A stretch of 64,000 nucleotides of DNA from Oligoflexia bacterium. GTDB lineage: Bacteria > Bdellovibrionota > UBA1018. Where the stretch lies: assembly GCA_963758495.1 (NCBI GenBank), contig CAVWVI010000001.1:321719-385718 (forward strand), written 5' to 3'. The notes beneath the pieces were generated by a model that was given only the letters and a program-made list of their open reading frames with translations, did no database searches and was not told the origin of the DNA. A program made the position numbers and the translations under genes. Positions 19,007-30,379 of this stretch are shown here, piece by piece; position 1 is the stretch's first letter; every line of letters begins with the position of its first letter.

Positions 19007-19716
19007 GTCTCCATTCTATTCATATTTCGTTCCTCGAGTTGCGCGCACAAGCGGCGATATGCGCTTCCAGGTGCGTCCTCCCAGAAGATCGCGCTTCCTG
19101 CCACGATGAGGTCAGCGCCAGCGCTCTGGATCGCTGCGATGTTGGCGTCATGAACTCCTCCGTCCACCTCGATCATACCCGCGGGCAAGAGCTTGCGAAG
19201 TAGTCTAATCCGCTCGTAAGTATCCGGTAAGAATGACTGCCCAGAAAGTCCTGGATGAATACTCATGCACAACACGAAGTCAGCCGACTCAGCGGCAGCA
19301 ACGGCTTTCTCCACGGACGTCTCAGGATTGAATGCCACGCCGACGCTGAGACCGAGCTGGCGAGCATACCGAATGGCGCTAGTCGGGTCGGCACAAGCTT
19401 CCACATGAAAGCTGACGCTATCTGCTCCGGCAGTCTTTAAATGAGCGAACTGCCGCTCTGGATCCTCCACCATGAGATGACACCCGATCGCCCCCTGGCG
19501 CTCGTGAATGAGTGGAGCAATCGATCTGAGCACCACTGGGCCGATTGTAATATCTTCGATGAAGCGTCCATCACCGACGTCGAAGTGAAAGAGTCGTGCC
19601 CCTACGTCAAGCAATGAGAGCAGCTGCTCTCCCAATTTCAAAAAATTAGCTGCATAGATGGAAGGAACGATCTCAACCCCTCGAAACCACTTTCGCCAAG
19701 GTAATTTCTCGGTCAT
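19003..19716 (-). CDS. rpe: Ribulose-phosphate 3-epimerase
   Basis: TIM-barrel epimerase motifs (FDVGDGRF, HLMVEDP, EVDGG). Confidence 0.85.
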   Translation of the reverse strand: MTEKLPWRKWFRGVEIVPSIYAANFLKLGEQLLSLLDVGARLFHFDVGDGRFIEDITIGPVVLRSIAPLIHERQGAIGCHLMVEDPERQFAHLKTAGADSVSFHVEACADPTSAIRYARQLGLSVGVAFNPETSVEKAVAAAESADFVLCMSIHPGLSGQSFLPDTYERIRLLRKLLPAGMIEVDGGVHDANIAAIQSAGADLIVAGSAIFWEDAPGSAYRRLCAQLEERNMNRMET

Positions 19717-19805
19717 TTTGGCTTAACGAGTTGCAAGAATGAATCCCAGTTATGGGATTTTAAGCCACACCTTGCACACGGAACGGTTCAATCGAAAAAA
19801 GGTGT

Positions 19806-22800
19806 TCAAGCCACGTGCTTAAGTTGGCCCTTGTTCTTCAGACTCCTGTAGCGTCGAATCAGAGAATTAGTCGAGGAATCATGTAAGAGTTTTGGTTCGG
19901 CCTCGCTCTCGAGTTCGGGAATGATCCTCTTCGCCAGTACTTTACCGAGCTCAACACCCCATTGATCGAATGAATCAATATCCCAGAGGACACCCTGAGT
20001 GAAAGTGCTATGCTCATAAAGCGCGACCATAGTCCCCAGAATTCTCGGTGTTAGCTCTTCGGCGAGGATCACATTGGACGGTCGGTTACCTTCCATCACA
20101 CGATGAGGTACAATCTCTGGATCAGTTCCCTCAGCGCGCACTTCTTCTTTGACTTCTTCTGGGGTCTTGCCGAAAGCCAAGGCCTCGGCCTGGGCGAAAA
20201 CATTCGACATGAGGATATCGTGATGATCTCCGAGTGGGTTGAGCGCTTTGCCGAAGCCGATGAGATCGAGCGGAATGAGTTTGGTGCCCTGATGAATGAG
20301 CTGGTAAAAACTGTGCTGCCCATTAGTTCCGGGCTCACCCCAGTAGACACCGCCGGTCTGATAATCAACAATAGTTCCATCCAGCCGCACGTGTTTGCCG
20401 TTGGACTCCATTGTCAGCTGCTGCAAGTAAGCAGGAAATCGTTTGAGATATTGATCATAGGGCATCACACCGAAAGTCTGTGCCCCAAAGAAATCCCCGT
20501 ACCAAACCGCGAGCAACCCCATTAAAACTGGGAGATTCTGATCAAACGGTGCAGTACGGAAATGCTCGTCGAGCTCATGGAAGCCTTCCAGCATATCCTG
20601 GAAATGATCGGGCCCAATAGCTAGCATTGTAGACAAACCGATCGCGGAATCCATTGAGTAGCGTCCACCGACCCAGTCCCAAAAGCCGAACATGTTTGCG
20701 GGATCAATGCCGAACTCAGACACACGTTGGGAATGAGTCGATACAGCGACGAAGTGTTTACCGATAGCCGACTCACTCTTGAGTCCGGCGATTGCCCAAT
20801 CCCGTGCCGATTGTGCATTGGTCATCGTTTCGAGGGTACCGAACGTCTTCGATGAAACAATAAATAATGTTTCTTCTGGATTCAAGTCGCGTGTAGCCTC
20901 GACGAAGTCGGTCGAATCGACGTTCGAGACAAATCGGAAATTCATGTCGCGCTTGCTATAAAATCGCAAGGCCTCATACGCCATCACCGGTCCAAGATCC
21001 GATCCGCCAATGCCTATATTAACGACATTCCGGATAGACTTACCAGTGTGCCCTTTCCACTCCCCTGATCGCACGCTCTCGGCGAATGTCCGCATTCGAC
21101 CGAGGACTTCGTGGACCTGCTTAACGACGTCTTTGCCGTCCCCATCATCCAAGATGAGTGACTCATTCTCGGGCATACGTAGCGCGACATGCAATACTGG
21201 GCGATTCTCAGAAACATTGATACGCTCCCCTCGAAACATGCCATCGATGCGTTCGCGTAGTCCGCTCTCGCCAGCGAGTTGAACAAGCAACCGCAAGGTC
21301 TCATCAGTAATTCTGTTTTTCGAGTAGTCTAAGTGAATTCCAGCCGCATCAAGGGTGAAACGCTCCGCCCGGCTAGGGTCAGCAGCAAACAGGTCTCGCA
21401 AATGGCGACCTGAAAGTTCACGGTGGTGGTGTTCGAGGGCTTTCCAAGCGGACCGCTGTCGAAGTGGGGTGGTCATCGAACGGACCGATGGGGCTAGGTT
21501 TATCTTCTGCTGCTCGATATGCTGGAGTAGGTCTTTCCATGACTCGCTGAATGCGTTAGCTCCCTCTTCCTGGAGCCGCGAGGCCAGCTTGTGGAGATCC
21601 ACACCACCAGCAGCAAACTGAGCAAGCACAGAATCGCAGTCCCCACCATCAGCCGGCATTTCTTCGCCAACCTCGCCATGATCAGCAAATGCAATAAGGG
21701 TCTTGTCAGGCATGGTATTCACTGTAAAGGGGGCAAATAAGTTGTGTACATAAAATGTGTCGTCTAATTTTTTTGGCAATTTCTTTGGTGCGGACGGGTC
21801 GTCTTTGGTACTCGTGCTGGCCCAAAGCAGTCGCTGCATTCGAGCACCACTGTTTGCCAATCGTAGAACTCTCTCCGAGCTCATCAGCTGCCGATACGAC
21901 CGATAGATGTCCCGACCAACAGCCACGGCAAGTCGGTTTTTCAGCTCCGCAGGAACAATCGGATTGGCGGCCTTATCCCAACGTGACATAAATACGGAGG
22001 CGACCGAGCCCACCCGAGGATTGAGTCCAGCTGCAATACGGCGTTCAATACCCCGTAAATAAGCTTCGGCTGCGCCCTGATACTGATCGGCAGAAAAGAG
22101 CAAAGTCACGTTGATCGGGACGCCAGCAGCAATACACTCCTCGATTGCAATAAGCCCCTCAGAAGTACCGGGAATCTTAATCAAGAGATTGGGGCGACCG
22201 GCTCGCTTGTGTAGCGACATGGCAGCTTTGATAGTATTCTTCGTATCATGCGCGAGGAGGGGCGACACTTCCAATGAAACCCAGCCATCTACACCGTCGG
22301 TGCGCTCGTAAATAGGTAAGAACAGGTCAGCCGCGCGCCGAAGATCTTCAACTGCAAGACTGAAGAACAGCTCTTCTTCTGTAATTCCAGTGCTAATTCC
22401 AGTTTTGGCCTTGTCTTTAATCTCGGTGTCGTACTCCCCTGATTCTATTGCTTTGTCAAAGATAGAGGGATTTGAGGTCAGTCCGGTTACCGAGTATTGC
22501 TCCACATAGCGTGCGATTTGACCCGAATCGAGCATTTGTCGAGTAATGTTGTCGAGCCAAAGGCTTTGTCCTTCCCTATGCAATTTTTCCGTTGCTCTCA
22601 TTGAAGTTCTCCTTTCAGAAACCGGTTTTAAGTTTATTGGCAACAGCGAAGCGGCCCTGTTATCCACAAGCCATGTGATTCTCCCATTTCCGGGTCGGAT
22701 AAACCGTGCCGGATACAATGAATAAGAAAAATTATCTTTTTTTGTGCCAGTTCCAATTATACTTCGAAGAATCGAAGCCTTTTCAGATCCAATGACTAAA

Positions 22801-23414
22801 AACATAATTTCTCTAGATGCATTGAATGCAGCCGGAGTAAGAGAGAATCGGTGGTCTTTTAAGTGGGTTACCCAAGGTGCGATCACCAGACGATCTGGAT
22901 CGCTGTCGCTAATTTCGGCACCGGGTATTCCATCTGGAAATAGAGACGCCGTATGACCGTCAGGACCAAGTCCAAGAAATACCAAATCGAAAGACGGTTT
23001 ATCGGATGGCCCTTTCAGCGCGAAGACGGTGCGTATGTCTTTTTCATACTCTTGTGCTACTTCTTGAGGATTGCGAAGTTCAGTGCGAAACCGATGGATG
23101 TTTTCTTTTGGAATGGGCACTTTCGAAAGCAAAGCGATCCATAGTGTATGAAAATTACTTTCAGGATGATCTGGCATGACATTACGTTCATCGCCTAAGA
23201 ACACGTGAATTTTTTCCCAAGGCAGCTTTGACTGAACCGATTGCGAAGCAAGCGCCTCGTATACTGGCCGAGGCGTGTTGCCGCCGGATCCAACAAATGT
23301 AAAATGAGTCCTATGCTGGAGTGTAGTTAATACTCGATCCATGAATAATGCGGCCCCACAGTTTGCAAAATTCCTAACGTCCGGCACAATCTGTAAGTCA
23401 TATTTTTTGTCCAT
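19806..23414 (-). CDS. Trifunctional fusion: 6-phosphogluconolactonase (N-term), transaldolase (middle), glucose-6-phosphate isomerase (C-term)
   Basis: The Pgl motif [14 protein letters not shown] lies at about aa 150-200. The transaldolase region has LWLDNITRQ and SNPSIF. The PGI region has [13 protein letters not shown] and a C-terminal [10 protein letters not shown]. The start is set at MDKKYDL. Confidence 0.8.
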   Translation of the reverse strand: MDKKYDLQIVPDVRNFANCGAALFMDRVLTTLQHRTHFTFVGSGGNTPRPVYEALASQSVQSKLPWEKIHVFLGDERNVMPDHPESNFHTLWIALLSKVPIPKENIHRFRTELRNPQEVAQEYEKDIRTVFALKGPSDKPSFDLVFLGLGPDGHTASLFPDGIPGAEISDSDPDRLVIAPWVTHLKDHRFSLTPAAFNASREIMFLVIGSEKASILRSIIGTGTKKDNFSYSLYPARFIRPGNGRITWLVDNRAASLLPINLKPVSERRTSMRATEKLHREGQSLWLDNITRQMLDSGQIARYVEQYSVTGLTSNPSIFDKAIESGEYDTEIKDKAKTGISTGITEEELFFSLAVEDLRRAADLFLPIYERTDGVDGWVSLEVSPLLAHDTKNTIKAAMSLHKRAGRPNLLIKIPGTSEGLIAIEECIAAGVPINVTLLFSADQYQGAAEAYLRGIERRIAAGLNPRVGSVASVFMSRWDKAANPIVPAELKNRLAVAVGRDIYRSYRQLMSSERVLRLANSGARMQRLLWASTSTKDDPSAPKKLPKKLDDTFYVHNLFAPFTVNTMPDKTLIAFADHGEVGEEMPADGGDCDSVLAQFAAGGVDLHKLASRLQEEGANAFSESWKDLLQHIEQQKINLAPSVRSMTTPLRQRSAWKALEHHHRELSGRHLRDLFAADPSRAERFTLDAAGIHLDYSKNRITDETLRLLVQLAGESGLRERIDGMFRGERINVSENRPVLHVALRMPENESLILDDGDGKDVVKQVHEVLGRMRTFAESVRSGEWKGHTGKSIRNVVNIGIGGSDLGPVMAYEALRFYSKRDMNFRFVSNVDSTDFVEATRDLNPEETLFIVSSKTFGTLETMTNAQSARDWAIAGLKSESAIGKHFVAVSTHSQRVSEFGIDPANMFGFWDWVGGRYSMDSAIGLSTMLAIGPDHFQDMLEGFHELDEHFRTAPFDQNLPVLMGLLAVWYGDFFGAQTFGVMPYDQYLKRFPAYLQQLTMESNGKHVRLDGTIVDYQTGGVYWGEPGTNGQHSFYQLIHQGTKLIPLDLIGFGKALNPLGDHHDILMSNVFAQAEALAFGKTPEEVKEEVRAEGTDPEIVPHRVMEGNRPSNVILAEELTPRILGTMVALYEHSTFTQGVLWDIDSFDQWGVELGKVLAKRIIPELESEAEPKLLHDSSTNSLIRRYRSLKNKGQLKHVA

Positions 23415-23447
23415 TGGTCTTTCCTTTGTGGATTGGCCTTTGTGGAT
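23414..23447. repeat. 14-nt tandem repeat (CCTTTGTGGATTGG x2.4) in the divergent promoter region
   Basis: Direct inspection. Confidence 0.6.
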
Positions 23448-23472
23448 TGGCCTTTGCAATTTGAGTACACTC

Positions 23473-23859
23473 ATGGGAACCAAGTGCAGCCATGTCACAG
23501 CTATTCGTGAAGTTGAACCAAAGACCCCAGAGGGCTGCCAGGAGTGCCTCGAAATGGGGGACGACTGGGTACACCTCAGGCTATGTATGTCCTGTGGTCA
23601 TGTTGGCTGCTGCGATGACTCAAGGAATCGTCACGCAACCCGCCACTTTCATGAGACGAACCATCCAACAAGTAAAGAAGGCAAACGTTGTAGTTCCATC
23701 TACCAGCTTGAATTTGATCATCACTATGTCTCGATAGCTCATGGTGGGGGTAATGCAGAAGCAAATTGTAAATTATTTTGTCGCCCCCACAATGCTGCAC
23801 ACCCTGTTGAGGTTTTCGGTGCTAAGTATATGGGAAATTGGCTGCCTAGTATTAATTAA
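23473..23859 (+). CDS. UBP-type zinc-finger domain protein
   Basis: Cys/His-rich zf-UBP-like pattern ([44 protein letters not shown]). Confidence 0.5.
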   Translation: MGTKCSHVTAIREVEPKTPEGCQECLEMGDDWVHLRLCMSCGHVGCCDDSRNRHATRHFHETNHPTSKEGKRCSSIYQLEFDHHYVSIAHGGGNAEANCKLFCRPHNAAHPVEVFGAKYMGNWLPSIN

Positions 23860-23886
23860 AGAATATTATAAGCACTGACACCTATT

Positions 23887-24555
23887 TTAGGTCTCGGGTT
23901 CTTTAAGCAAGGAATAATATTTCTCGCCGATACGAATGCTTTCGCGCCCCTGCGCGTTTCGCCAGCGATTGTTATCACGCAGAGAGTAAGCGCAACCGCA
24001 ATATTCTTGTTGGTAAAAACTCTCCCGCTTGGCGATTTCCACCATGCGCGAAGAGCCACCTTGCTTGCGCCAGTTGTAAGTCCAGTACTCGATGCCTGGA
24101 TAATGAGAGGCCGATCGAATACCGCTTTCGTTGATCTGCTCCATGTTTTTCCAACGGGAAATTCCAAGCGAGCTTGAAATTAAAGTAAATCCATTCTCAA
24201 AGGCGTAAAGAGCGGTGCGTTCAAAACGCATATCAAAGCACATCGAGCACCGGATTCCACGTTCGGGTTCATGCTCCATGCCTTTCGCGCGCGAAAACCA
24301 ATTATCCACATCGTAGTCACAGTCGATGAACGGAATCCCGTGCTTCTCGGCGAAGCGGATATTCTCATCCTTTCGGATCTCGTACTCTTTCTTCGGATGA
24401 ATGTTCGGGTTGTAAAAGAAGATCGAGTAGTCGATACCGGAAAAGATCAATGCTTCCATCACCTCGCCAGAGCAGGGCGCGCAACACGAATGAAGCAGGA
24501 GCTTTTGATGCCCTGCGGGAAGGGTTAGGCGTTCGCGATCGAGATGTTTTTGCAT
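23887..24555 (-). CDS. queH: Epoxyqueuosine reductase QueH (DUF208)
   Basis: [11 protein letters not shown] with conserved Cys positions. Confidence 0.75.
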   Translation of the reverse strand: MQKHLDRERLTLPAGHQKLLLHSCCAPCSGEVMEALIFSGIDYSIFFYNPNIHPKKEYEIRKDENIRFAEKHGIPFIDCDYDVDNWFSRAKGMEHEPERGIRCSMCFDMRFERTALYAFENGFTLISSSLGISRWKNMEQINESGIRSASHYPGIEYWTYNWRKQGGSSRMVEIAKRESFYQQEYCGCAYSLRDNNRWRNAQGRESIRIGEKYYSLLKEPET

Positions 24556-24684
24556 GCGCCGAACCTAACTGAAAACTCAAAGGACCGTCAAGGATAACAT
24601 TGACATCTGTGGTTTCCCCAGTTTAGGCTCAATCTCTGGTCCTTCTCAACCTCTGGCCCTTAAAAAAGAGGTAGAAAGAGTGCT

Positions 24685-26193
24685 ATGACTAAAAAAATAC
24701 CCCTTTTTCTGAATGGTGAATTCGTTGAAAGCCGCACATCCCAATATCTTCCCGTCACCAATCCTGCAACCCAAGAGATCCTCGCGCAAGTTCCTTTGGC
24801 GACTGCCGACGAAGTGGATCGCGCTGTCGCAGCCGCGAAAACTGCGTTCATCTCCTGGAAAGAGGTTCCAGTTCCCGAGCGAGCGCGGCTGTTCCTGAAA
24901 TATCAGCACATTCTCAAGGAAAATCAGGACGAAATCGCCAAAATTCTCTCGAAAGAAAACGGCAAGACTTTACCCGATGCAAAGGGCGATGTATGGCGCG
25001 GGATCGAGGTCGTCGAGCAAGCCTGTAACGTCTCCTCCCTCATGATGGGTGAAACGGTCGAAAACGTGGCCCGCAACATCGACACCTACAGCTTGATCCA
25101 ACCTCTGGGCGTCTGCGCCGGTATCACCCCATTCAATTTTCCAGCGATGATTCCTTTATGGATGTACCCGATGGCGATTGCCTGCGGAAATACTTTCGTC
25201 CTCAAACCATCCGAGCAAGATCCGATGACGCCGACTCGGCTCGCTGAACTTTTCAATGAGGCTGGATTTCCAAAAGGCATTCTGAATGTCGTTCATGGCA
25301 GCAAAGAGCAAGTGGATCAGCTTCTCTGTCACCGCGATATTCAGGCGATTTCTTTTGTGGGCTCGGTTCCTGTGGCTGAGCACGTCTACCGCACAGGCAC
25401 GCACCATTTGAAGCGAGTCCAGGCGTTCGGTGGAGCCAAGAATCATATGGTCGTCATGCCGGATGCGAACCAGGAGCAGGTCGTAAACAGCCTCGTCGGC
25501 GCTTCCTGCGGAGCCGCCGGCCAACGCTGCATGGCGATCAGCGTGGCCGTGTTGGTGGGCAAGGCCGGCGATATGGCCAACAATATCCAGAAAGCCCTGT
25601 CGCAGATTCGGCCGGGGAATTGGGATGACGAAAGTGCGGCTTTCGGACCTGTCATTAGCCCAAAGGCTAAGGATCGTGTGCTCTCCCTGATCGCTCAGGG
25701 GCAAAAAGAAGGAGCCCAGCTCCTTCTCGACGGGCGGAACTGTAAGGTGGACAAGTATCCCAAGGGTAACTTCATCGGCGCGACGCTCTTTGACAAGGTG
25801 ACGCCCGAGATGACGATCTATCAAGAGGAAATCTTCGGCCCCGTCCTCCTCTTGATGAGAGCGGAAAGCCTCGAAGATGCCATCCGGATCATCAACAACA
25901 ATCCTTACGGCAACGGAACCTCAATCTTCACCGCATCGGGCGCTGCCGCCCACAAGTTCCAGCACGAGGTCGAAGTGGGCCAGATTGGCGTGAATGTCCC
26001 CATTCCAGTGCCACTCCCCTTCTTCTCCTTCACCGGATGGCGACGGTCGTTTTTCGGCGATCTCCATGCCTATGGTAAGCAGGCTGTTCGCTTTTACAGT
26101 GAAACAAAAACAGTGACGGCGCGATGGTTTGAGTCGGATATCGCATCATCATCTCCTATTTTTTCTCCTAATATGACAATCCAACTTAAGTAA
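24685..26193 (+). CDS. mmsA: Methylmalonate-semialdehyde dehydrogenase (CoA-acylating)
   Basis: Aldehyde dehydrogenase catalytic region with an MmsA-type active site ([31 protein letters not shown]). Confidence 0.85.
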   Translation: MTKKIPLFLNGEFVESRTSQYLPVTNPATQEILAQVPLATADEVDRAVAAAKTAFISWKEVPVPERARLFLKYQHILKENQDEIAKILSKENGKTLPDAKGDVWRGIEVVEQACNVSSLMMGETVENVARNIDTYSLIQPLGVCAGITPFNFPAMIPLWMYPMAIACGNTFVLKPSEQDPMTPTRLAELFNEAGFPKGILNVVHGSKEQVDQLLCHRDIQAISFVGSVPVAEHVYRTGTHHLKRVQAFGGAKNHMVVMPDANQEQVVNSLVGASCGAAGQRCMAISVAVLVGKAGDMANNIQKALSQIRPGNWDDESAAFGPVISPKAKDRVLSLIAQGQKEGAQLLLDGRNCKVDKYPKGNFIGATLFDKVTPEMTIYQEEIFGPVLLLMRAESLEDAIRIINNNPYGNGTSIFTASGAAAHKFQHEVEVGQIGVNVPIPVPLPFFSFTGWRRSFFGDLHAYGKQAVRFYSETKTVTARWFESDIASSSPIFSPNMTIQLK

Positions 26194-26212
26194 GATAGAC
26201 GGAGAGTGAATC

Positions 26213-27373
26213 GTGGATTTCAATCTCACTGAAAATCAGATCAACTTTCAAACGGCGGCCAGGGACTTTGCGGCAAAAGAGTTCACCCCTCACGCCTCCA
26301 GATGGGATAGAGAAAAAATCTTCCCTCGCGAGGCGATCCGCAAAGCCGGTGACATGGGATTCTGTGGCCTCTACATCAATGAGGATGTTGGTGGGCTGGG
26401 ACTCTCGCGCTTGGATGCCTCTATCATCTTTGAAGAGCTGGCGGTGGGGTGTCCCTCAACGACAGCCTACCTCACGATCCATAATATGGTGACTTGGATG
26501 ATTGATCGCTTCGGGTCAGATCAGCTTCGTCATCGATTCTGCCCTGAGCTTGCAAGAGGTCAGAAACTCGGATCGTATTGCCTGACAGAGCCCTGGTCTG
26601 GATCAGACGCGGCGAGCTTGAGGGCAACGGCGCGGAAGCAGGGTGGTCATTACGTTCTCAATGGGACGAAAGCATTTGTCTCAGGTGCGGGCGAAAGCCA
26701 GGTTTTCGTGGTGATGGCTCGAACAGGAGATCAGACCCCCAAAGGTATTAGCAGTTTCGTCGTACCGGCGGATCTCAACGGCATTTCATTTGGAGAAAAT
26801 GAAAGGAAAATGGGCTGGAACTCACAAAGTACGCGCATCGTTAACTTCGATCAGGTCGTGGTTCCGCTTGAAAATCTTCTCGCTAAGGAAGGCACCGGTT
26901 TTAAGATTGCCATGTCAGGGCTTGACGGTGGGCGCGTCAATATCGCGACTTGCTCAGTAGGTGCTGCACAGGCAGCCTTGTGCATCTCCCAAAATTACAT
27001 GCATGAGCGCGAGCAGTTTGGAAAGCCGCTGGCGCAGTTCCAGGCGCTTCAGTTCAAGATCGCAGATATGGTGACGGAATTGGTGGCCTCGCGCCAGATG
27101 GTTCGCTTGGCCGCCTCGAAACTCGACCACAAAGATCCGCAAGCGACCACCTACTGCGCGATGGCCAAACGCCTTGCGACTGATATGTGCTTCGATGTCT
27201 GCAATCAGGCCATCCAGATTTTAGGAGGCTACGGTTATAGCCAAGACTATCCGCTTGAGCGATTGATGAGAGACACTCGAGTTCATCAAATCCTGGAAGG
27301 AACCAACGAGATCATGCGCGTGATCATCTCCCGAAAAATTTTGGAAGATGGGGCGACACTTGAGATTCGCTAA
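26213..27373 (+). CDS. Acyl-CoA dehydrogenase (short/branched-chain, isobutyryl-CoA type)
   Basis: Canonical ACAD motifs and a C-terminal QILGGYGY. Confidence 0.85.
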   Translation: MDFNLTENQINFQTAARDFAAKEFTPHASRWDREKIFPREAIRKAGDMGFCGLYINEDVGGLGLSRLDASIIFEELAVGCPSTTAYLTIHNMVTWMIDRFGSDQLRHRFCPELARGQKLGSYCLTEPWSGSDAASLRATARKQGGHYVLNGTKAFVSGAGESQVFVVMARTGDQTPKGISSFVVPADLNGISFGENERKMGWNSQSTRIVNFDQVVVPLENLLAKEGTGFKIAMSGLDGGRVNIATCSVGAAQAALCISQNYMHEREQFGKPLAQFQALQFKIADMVTELVASRQMVRLAASKLDHKDPQATTYCAMAKRLATDMCFDVCNQAIQILGGYGYSQDYPLERLMRDTRVHQILEGTNEIMRVIISRKILEDGATLEIR

Positions 27374-27416
27374 ACATGCGCTCAACTTGCGCTAAACCGC
27401 AAAGAAAGGGTCAAAT

Positions 27417-28742
27417 ATGATTCTTTTCGAACAACGGGGTGGTCTCGGAATAGTCACGCTGAACTCTCCCAACACCCTGAACTCCTTAAATCTTCGGATG
27501 ATTAGGGAGCTTCACTCTCTCCTGAAAAAGTGGAAAGAGGATGATCGCATCTCATGTATCTTTTTGCAGGGAGCCGGAGATAAGGCATTTTGTGCAGGAG
27601 GCGACGTTCGGCACTTACATGACGCCATGATTCAACAAAGAAATCAAGACACCCGTACTCCAGCCAGGGACTGCGTGGAATTTTTCGCTGTGGAGTTTTT
27701 CGCTGAGGAGTATCGACTTGACTATGAGATCCATCGCTACCCTAAACCAGTCGTGGTTTGGGGCGACGGGATCGTCATGGGCGGTGGGATAGGATTGATG
27801 GCAGGAGCCTCCCATCGGATCGTCACTGAACGGAGCAAACTTGCCATGCCTGAAATTACCATCGGACTTTATCCCGACGTCGCGGGCACTTGGTTCCTGA
27901 ACCGAATGCCCAACGGATGGGGCATGTATCTAGGGTTGACGGGTACTCGCTTGAATTCCGCCGACTCCATTTATTTAGGCTTGGCCGATACATTCATGAT
28001 GAGTGATCAGAAAAACGAACTGATTGAGCGCTTGAGTCGCTGCAAATGGCAGTCGAAAGCATCCGAGAATAGGATTACCGTCACGGAACTTTTAAAAGAA
28101 ATCAGTGAAAAATTCGTTCCTCCTCCGTCTTCATCTCAGTCTCCGTCTCAGTCTCAGTCTCCGTCCCAGTCTTTGGCAAAAGAACACGAAGACCTCATTG
28201 GGCGGATTTCAGGCGCTCAGTCCGTGTACGAGTTTCGAGATCTTCTCCTTGCGATTCCGACTCCGACTGGTAAAAAAGACGAATGGGTTTCAGCCGGAAT
28301 CAAAAATTTCCAGGCAGGCTCTCCTAGCTCAGCCTTCATCATTATTGAGCAGCTTCGGCGTGGCAAGAAGATGACCTTGGAAGAGGTTTTCCGCTCTGAA
28401 CTGAATCTGTCCGTTCAGTGTACCTTGCATCCTGATTTTGCCGAAGGGGTCCGCGCCTTGCTGGTCGATAAAGATCAAAAGCCTCAATGGCAACCCGCGA
28501 CTCTGGAAACAGTCACCCAGGAATGGGTGGAAAGCTACTTTCAGCCGCTTTGGACGGAAAGAGAACATCCGCTACGAATCATGAATTCAGTGAATTCAGT
28601 GAATTCAGCGAATTCAGCGAACCCAGTGAACCCATCAGGAGGCCATCATCATGATAAAAATCGCTTTCATCGGTCTTGGAAACATGGGCGGGCCAATGGC
28701 CGCCAATCTCGTGAAAAACTCATACGATGTGATCGGCTTTGA
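27417..28742 (+). CDS. 3-hydroxyisobutyryl-CoA hydrolase (crotonase fold) with two low-complexity insertions and a 3' extension overlapping mmsB
   Basis: HIBCH motifs (GAGDKAFCAGGD, GIVMGGGIGLMAGASHRIVTE); an SQSPSQSQSPSQS insertion; a tail NSVNSVNSANSANPVNP encoded by a 9-nt tandem repeat. Confidence 0.7.
   Translation: MILFEQRGGLGIVTLNSPNTLNSLNLRMIRELHSLLKKWKEDDRISCIFLQGAGDKAFCAGGDVRHLHDAMIQQRNQDTRTPARDCVEFFAVEFFAEEYRLDYEIHRYPKPVVVWGDGIVMGGGIGLMAGASHRIVTERSKLAMPEITIGLYPDVAGTWFLNRMPNGWGMYLGLTGTRLNSADSIYLGLADTFMMSDQKNELIERLSRCKWQSKASENRITVTELLKEISEKFVPPPSSSQSPSQSQSPSQSLAKEHEDLIGRISGAQSVYEFRDLLLAIPTPTGKKDEWVSAGIKNFQAGSPSSAFIIIEQLRRGKKMTLEEVFRSELNLSVQCTLHPDFAEGVRALLVDKDQKPQWQPATLETVTQEWVESYFQPLWTEREHPLRIMNSVNSVNSANSANPVNPSGGHHHDKNRFHRSWKHGRANGRQSREKLIRCDRL
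28584..28637. repeat. 9-nt tandem repeat (GAATTCAGT x4, then GAACCCAGT-like x2) immediately upstream of the mmsB RBS
   Basis: Direct inspection. Confidence 0.7.
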
Positions 28743-29568
28743 TCTATCTCAGGAGGCCTTAGCAGCTTTCGAGAAGGCGGGCGGTAAAACGGCAGTCACT
28801 GTACTTGACGCTTGTCGAGAGGCCGAGGTCATCATCACGATGCTCCCGTCTGGAAAGCACGTCGCTCAGGTCTTGACCCCTGAACTTGTCGGCCAGCTCA
28901 AGCCGAATACACTTATGATCGATAGTAGTACGATCGACCCAGCCACCTCGAAGAAAGTGGCCCAACTCGCAGAGCGTCGCGGAGTCCTCATGATTGATGC
29001 CCCTGTTTCGGGTGGAACGTCCGGGGCTCAGAATGCGACTCTCACATTCATCGTGGGTGGATCGGCGGCAGCACTGGAACGCGCAACCCCCATCTTGCAG
29101 TGCATGGGAAAAAACATCTTCCACGCCGGTCCCAGTGGATCGGGCCAAGTCGCAAAAATTTGCAACAACATGCTCCTTTCCATTCATATGATCGGTACAG
29201 CAGAGGCGCTCAACCTCGGCGTGGCTCATGGTCTTGATCCCAAAGTCTTAAGCACGATCATGCAAAAAAGTTCGGGTCGCAACTGGTCGCTTGAGGTTTA
29301 TAATCCCTACCCAGGAGTCATGGATGGCACGCCCGCGTCTAGAGAATACAAAGGCGGTTTCTCCGTCGATCTCATGACGAAAGACCTTGGGCTTGCGGCC
29401 CAGGCGAGCGAGGAAACACAGACAGCAACTCCACTCGGATCAGCGGCGCTCGACCTCTATCAACGATGGCGCGAGACTGGTGGCAGCGGGTCTGATTTTT
29501 CCAGCGTGATCCGTTTCCTCGATCGCCAAAAAGGGGACCAAGAAGTTAAAAAGAAAGGTAAAAAATGA
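28651..29568 (+). CDS. mmsB: 3-hydroxyisobutyrate dehydrogenase
   Basis: MIKIAFIGLGNMGGPMAANL Rossmann N-terminus, preceded by an AGGAGG RBS. Confidence 0.85.
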   Translation: MIKIAFIGLGNMGGPMAANLVKNSYDVIGFDLSQEALAAFEKAGGKTAVTVLDACREAEVIITMLPSGKHVAQVLTPELVGQLKPNTLMIDSSTIDPATSKKVAQLAERRGVLMIDAPVSGGTSGAQNATLTFIVGGSAAALERATPILQCMGKNIFHAGPSGSGQVAKICNNMLLSIHMIGTAEALNLGVAHGLDPKVLSTIMQKSSGRNWSLEVYNPYPGVMDGTPASREYKGGFSVDLMTKDLGLAAQASEETQTATPLGSAALDLYQRWRETGGSGSDFSSVIRFLDRQKGDQEVKKKGKK

Positions 29569-30347
29569 ACTTCGAAACCATTTCTTATCAGCAGGAAGGC
29601 TTCATCGGTTTTCTAACCATCGAACGCCCCCAATCCCTCAACGCGCTGAATTCGCAGGTTCTACGTGAGCTCACCACGCTTTGCGACGAGCTGAAAACGA
29701 AGAAGGACATTCGCGCGCTCATCATCACGGGTGCGGGAGAGAAAGCGTTCGTCGCTGGCGCGGATATTAAAGAAATGACGAACATGTCAGCGCAAGAGGC
29801 CAAGGATTTCGCACGTAAGGGTCAAGCTACTTTTAATAGTATTGAAGCCCTACCCTTCGCCGTGATCGCAGCTGTCAATGGCTTTGCTCTGGGAGGCGGC
29901 TGCGAGCTGGCACTGGCTTGTGACATCATCCTGGCAAGCGAAAAGGCGAAGTTCGGACTTCCCGAAGTCACCTTGGGACTTTTGCCTTCGTTCGGAGGAA
30001 CCCAACGTTTGGCCCGCTCCGTGGGCCTATTCAAGGCGCGAGAAATGATTTTTTCTGGCGAGTTCTACTCGGCTTCCGAGTGTTTGAAAGTCGGTTTGGT
30101 GAATCAAGTTATTCCCCCCGATCAACTCGCCAAAGCGGCCCGAACGCTCGCCGAAACCATCACCAAGAGAGGCCCGATGGCCATTGCAAATGCAAAACGC
30201 GCCGTGAACACTGGCTTTGATCGCCTTCTGAGCGAAGGCCTCGCGCAAGAAGCAGAATTATTTGGCGAACTTTTCTCCACCCAAGACCAGAAAGAAGGAA
30301 CATCGGCATTTGTGGAAAAGAGAACCCCTCATTTCAAAGGTAAGTAG
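29565..30347 (+). CDS. Enoyl-CoA hydratase (crotonase)
   Basis: Crotonase motifs (ITGAGEKAFVAGADI, GGGCELALACD). Confidence 0.8.
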   Translation: MNFETISYQQEGFIGFLTIERPQSLNALNSQVLRELTTLCDELKTKKDIRALIITGAGEKAFVAGADIKEMTNMSAQEAKDFARKGQATFNSIEALPFAVIAAVNGFALGGGCELALACDIILASEKAKFGLPEVTLGLLPSFGGTQRLARSVGLFKAREMIFSGEFYSASECLKVGLVNQVIPPDQLAKAARTLAETITKRGPMAIANAKRAVNTGFDRLLSEGLAQEAELFGELFSTQDQKEGTSAFVEKRTPHFKGK

Positions 30348-30363
30348 TTCCTTTAGGGCTTTA
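30343..30363 (+). repeat. 21-bp motif GTAAGTAGTTCCTTTAGGGCT, copy 2 (contains the stop codon of the enoyl-CoA hydratase gene 29565..30347)
   Basis: Exact match to 7271-7291. Confidence 0.7.
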
Positions 30364-30379
30364 ATAGTTCCCACGCGGC

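Noticed and set aside
28127-28637. Short tandem repeats as a CRISPR array
   Set aside because: The units are 6-14 nt with no spacers and sit inside coding sequence or a promoter. No cas genes are in the window.
7271-30363. Direct 21-bp repeats as attL/attR of a 23-kb integrated island
   Set aside because: The intervening DNA carries core metabolism (PPP operon, valine catabolism, queH) and has no integrase, excisionase or tRNA target. The third, degenerate copy at 56619 also does not fit an att pair.
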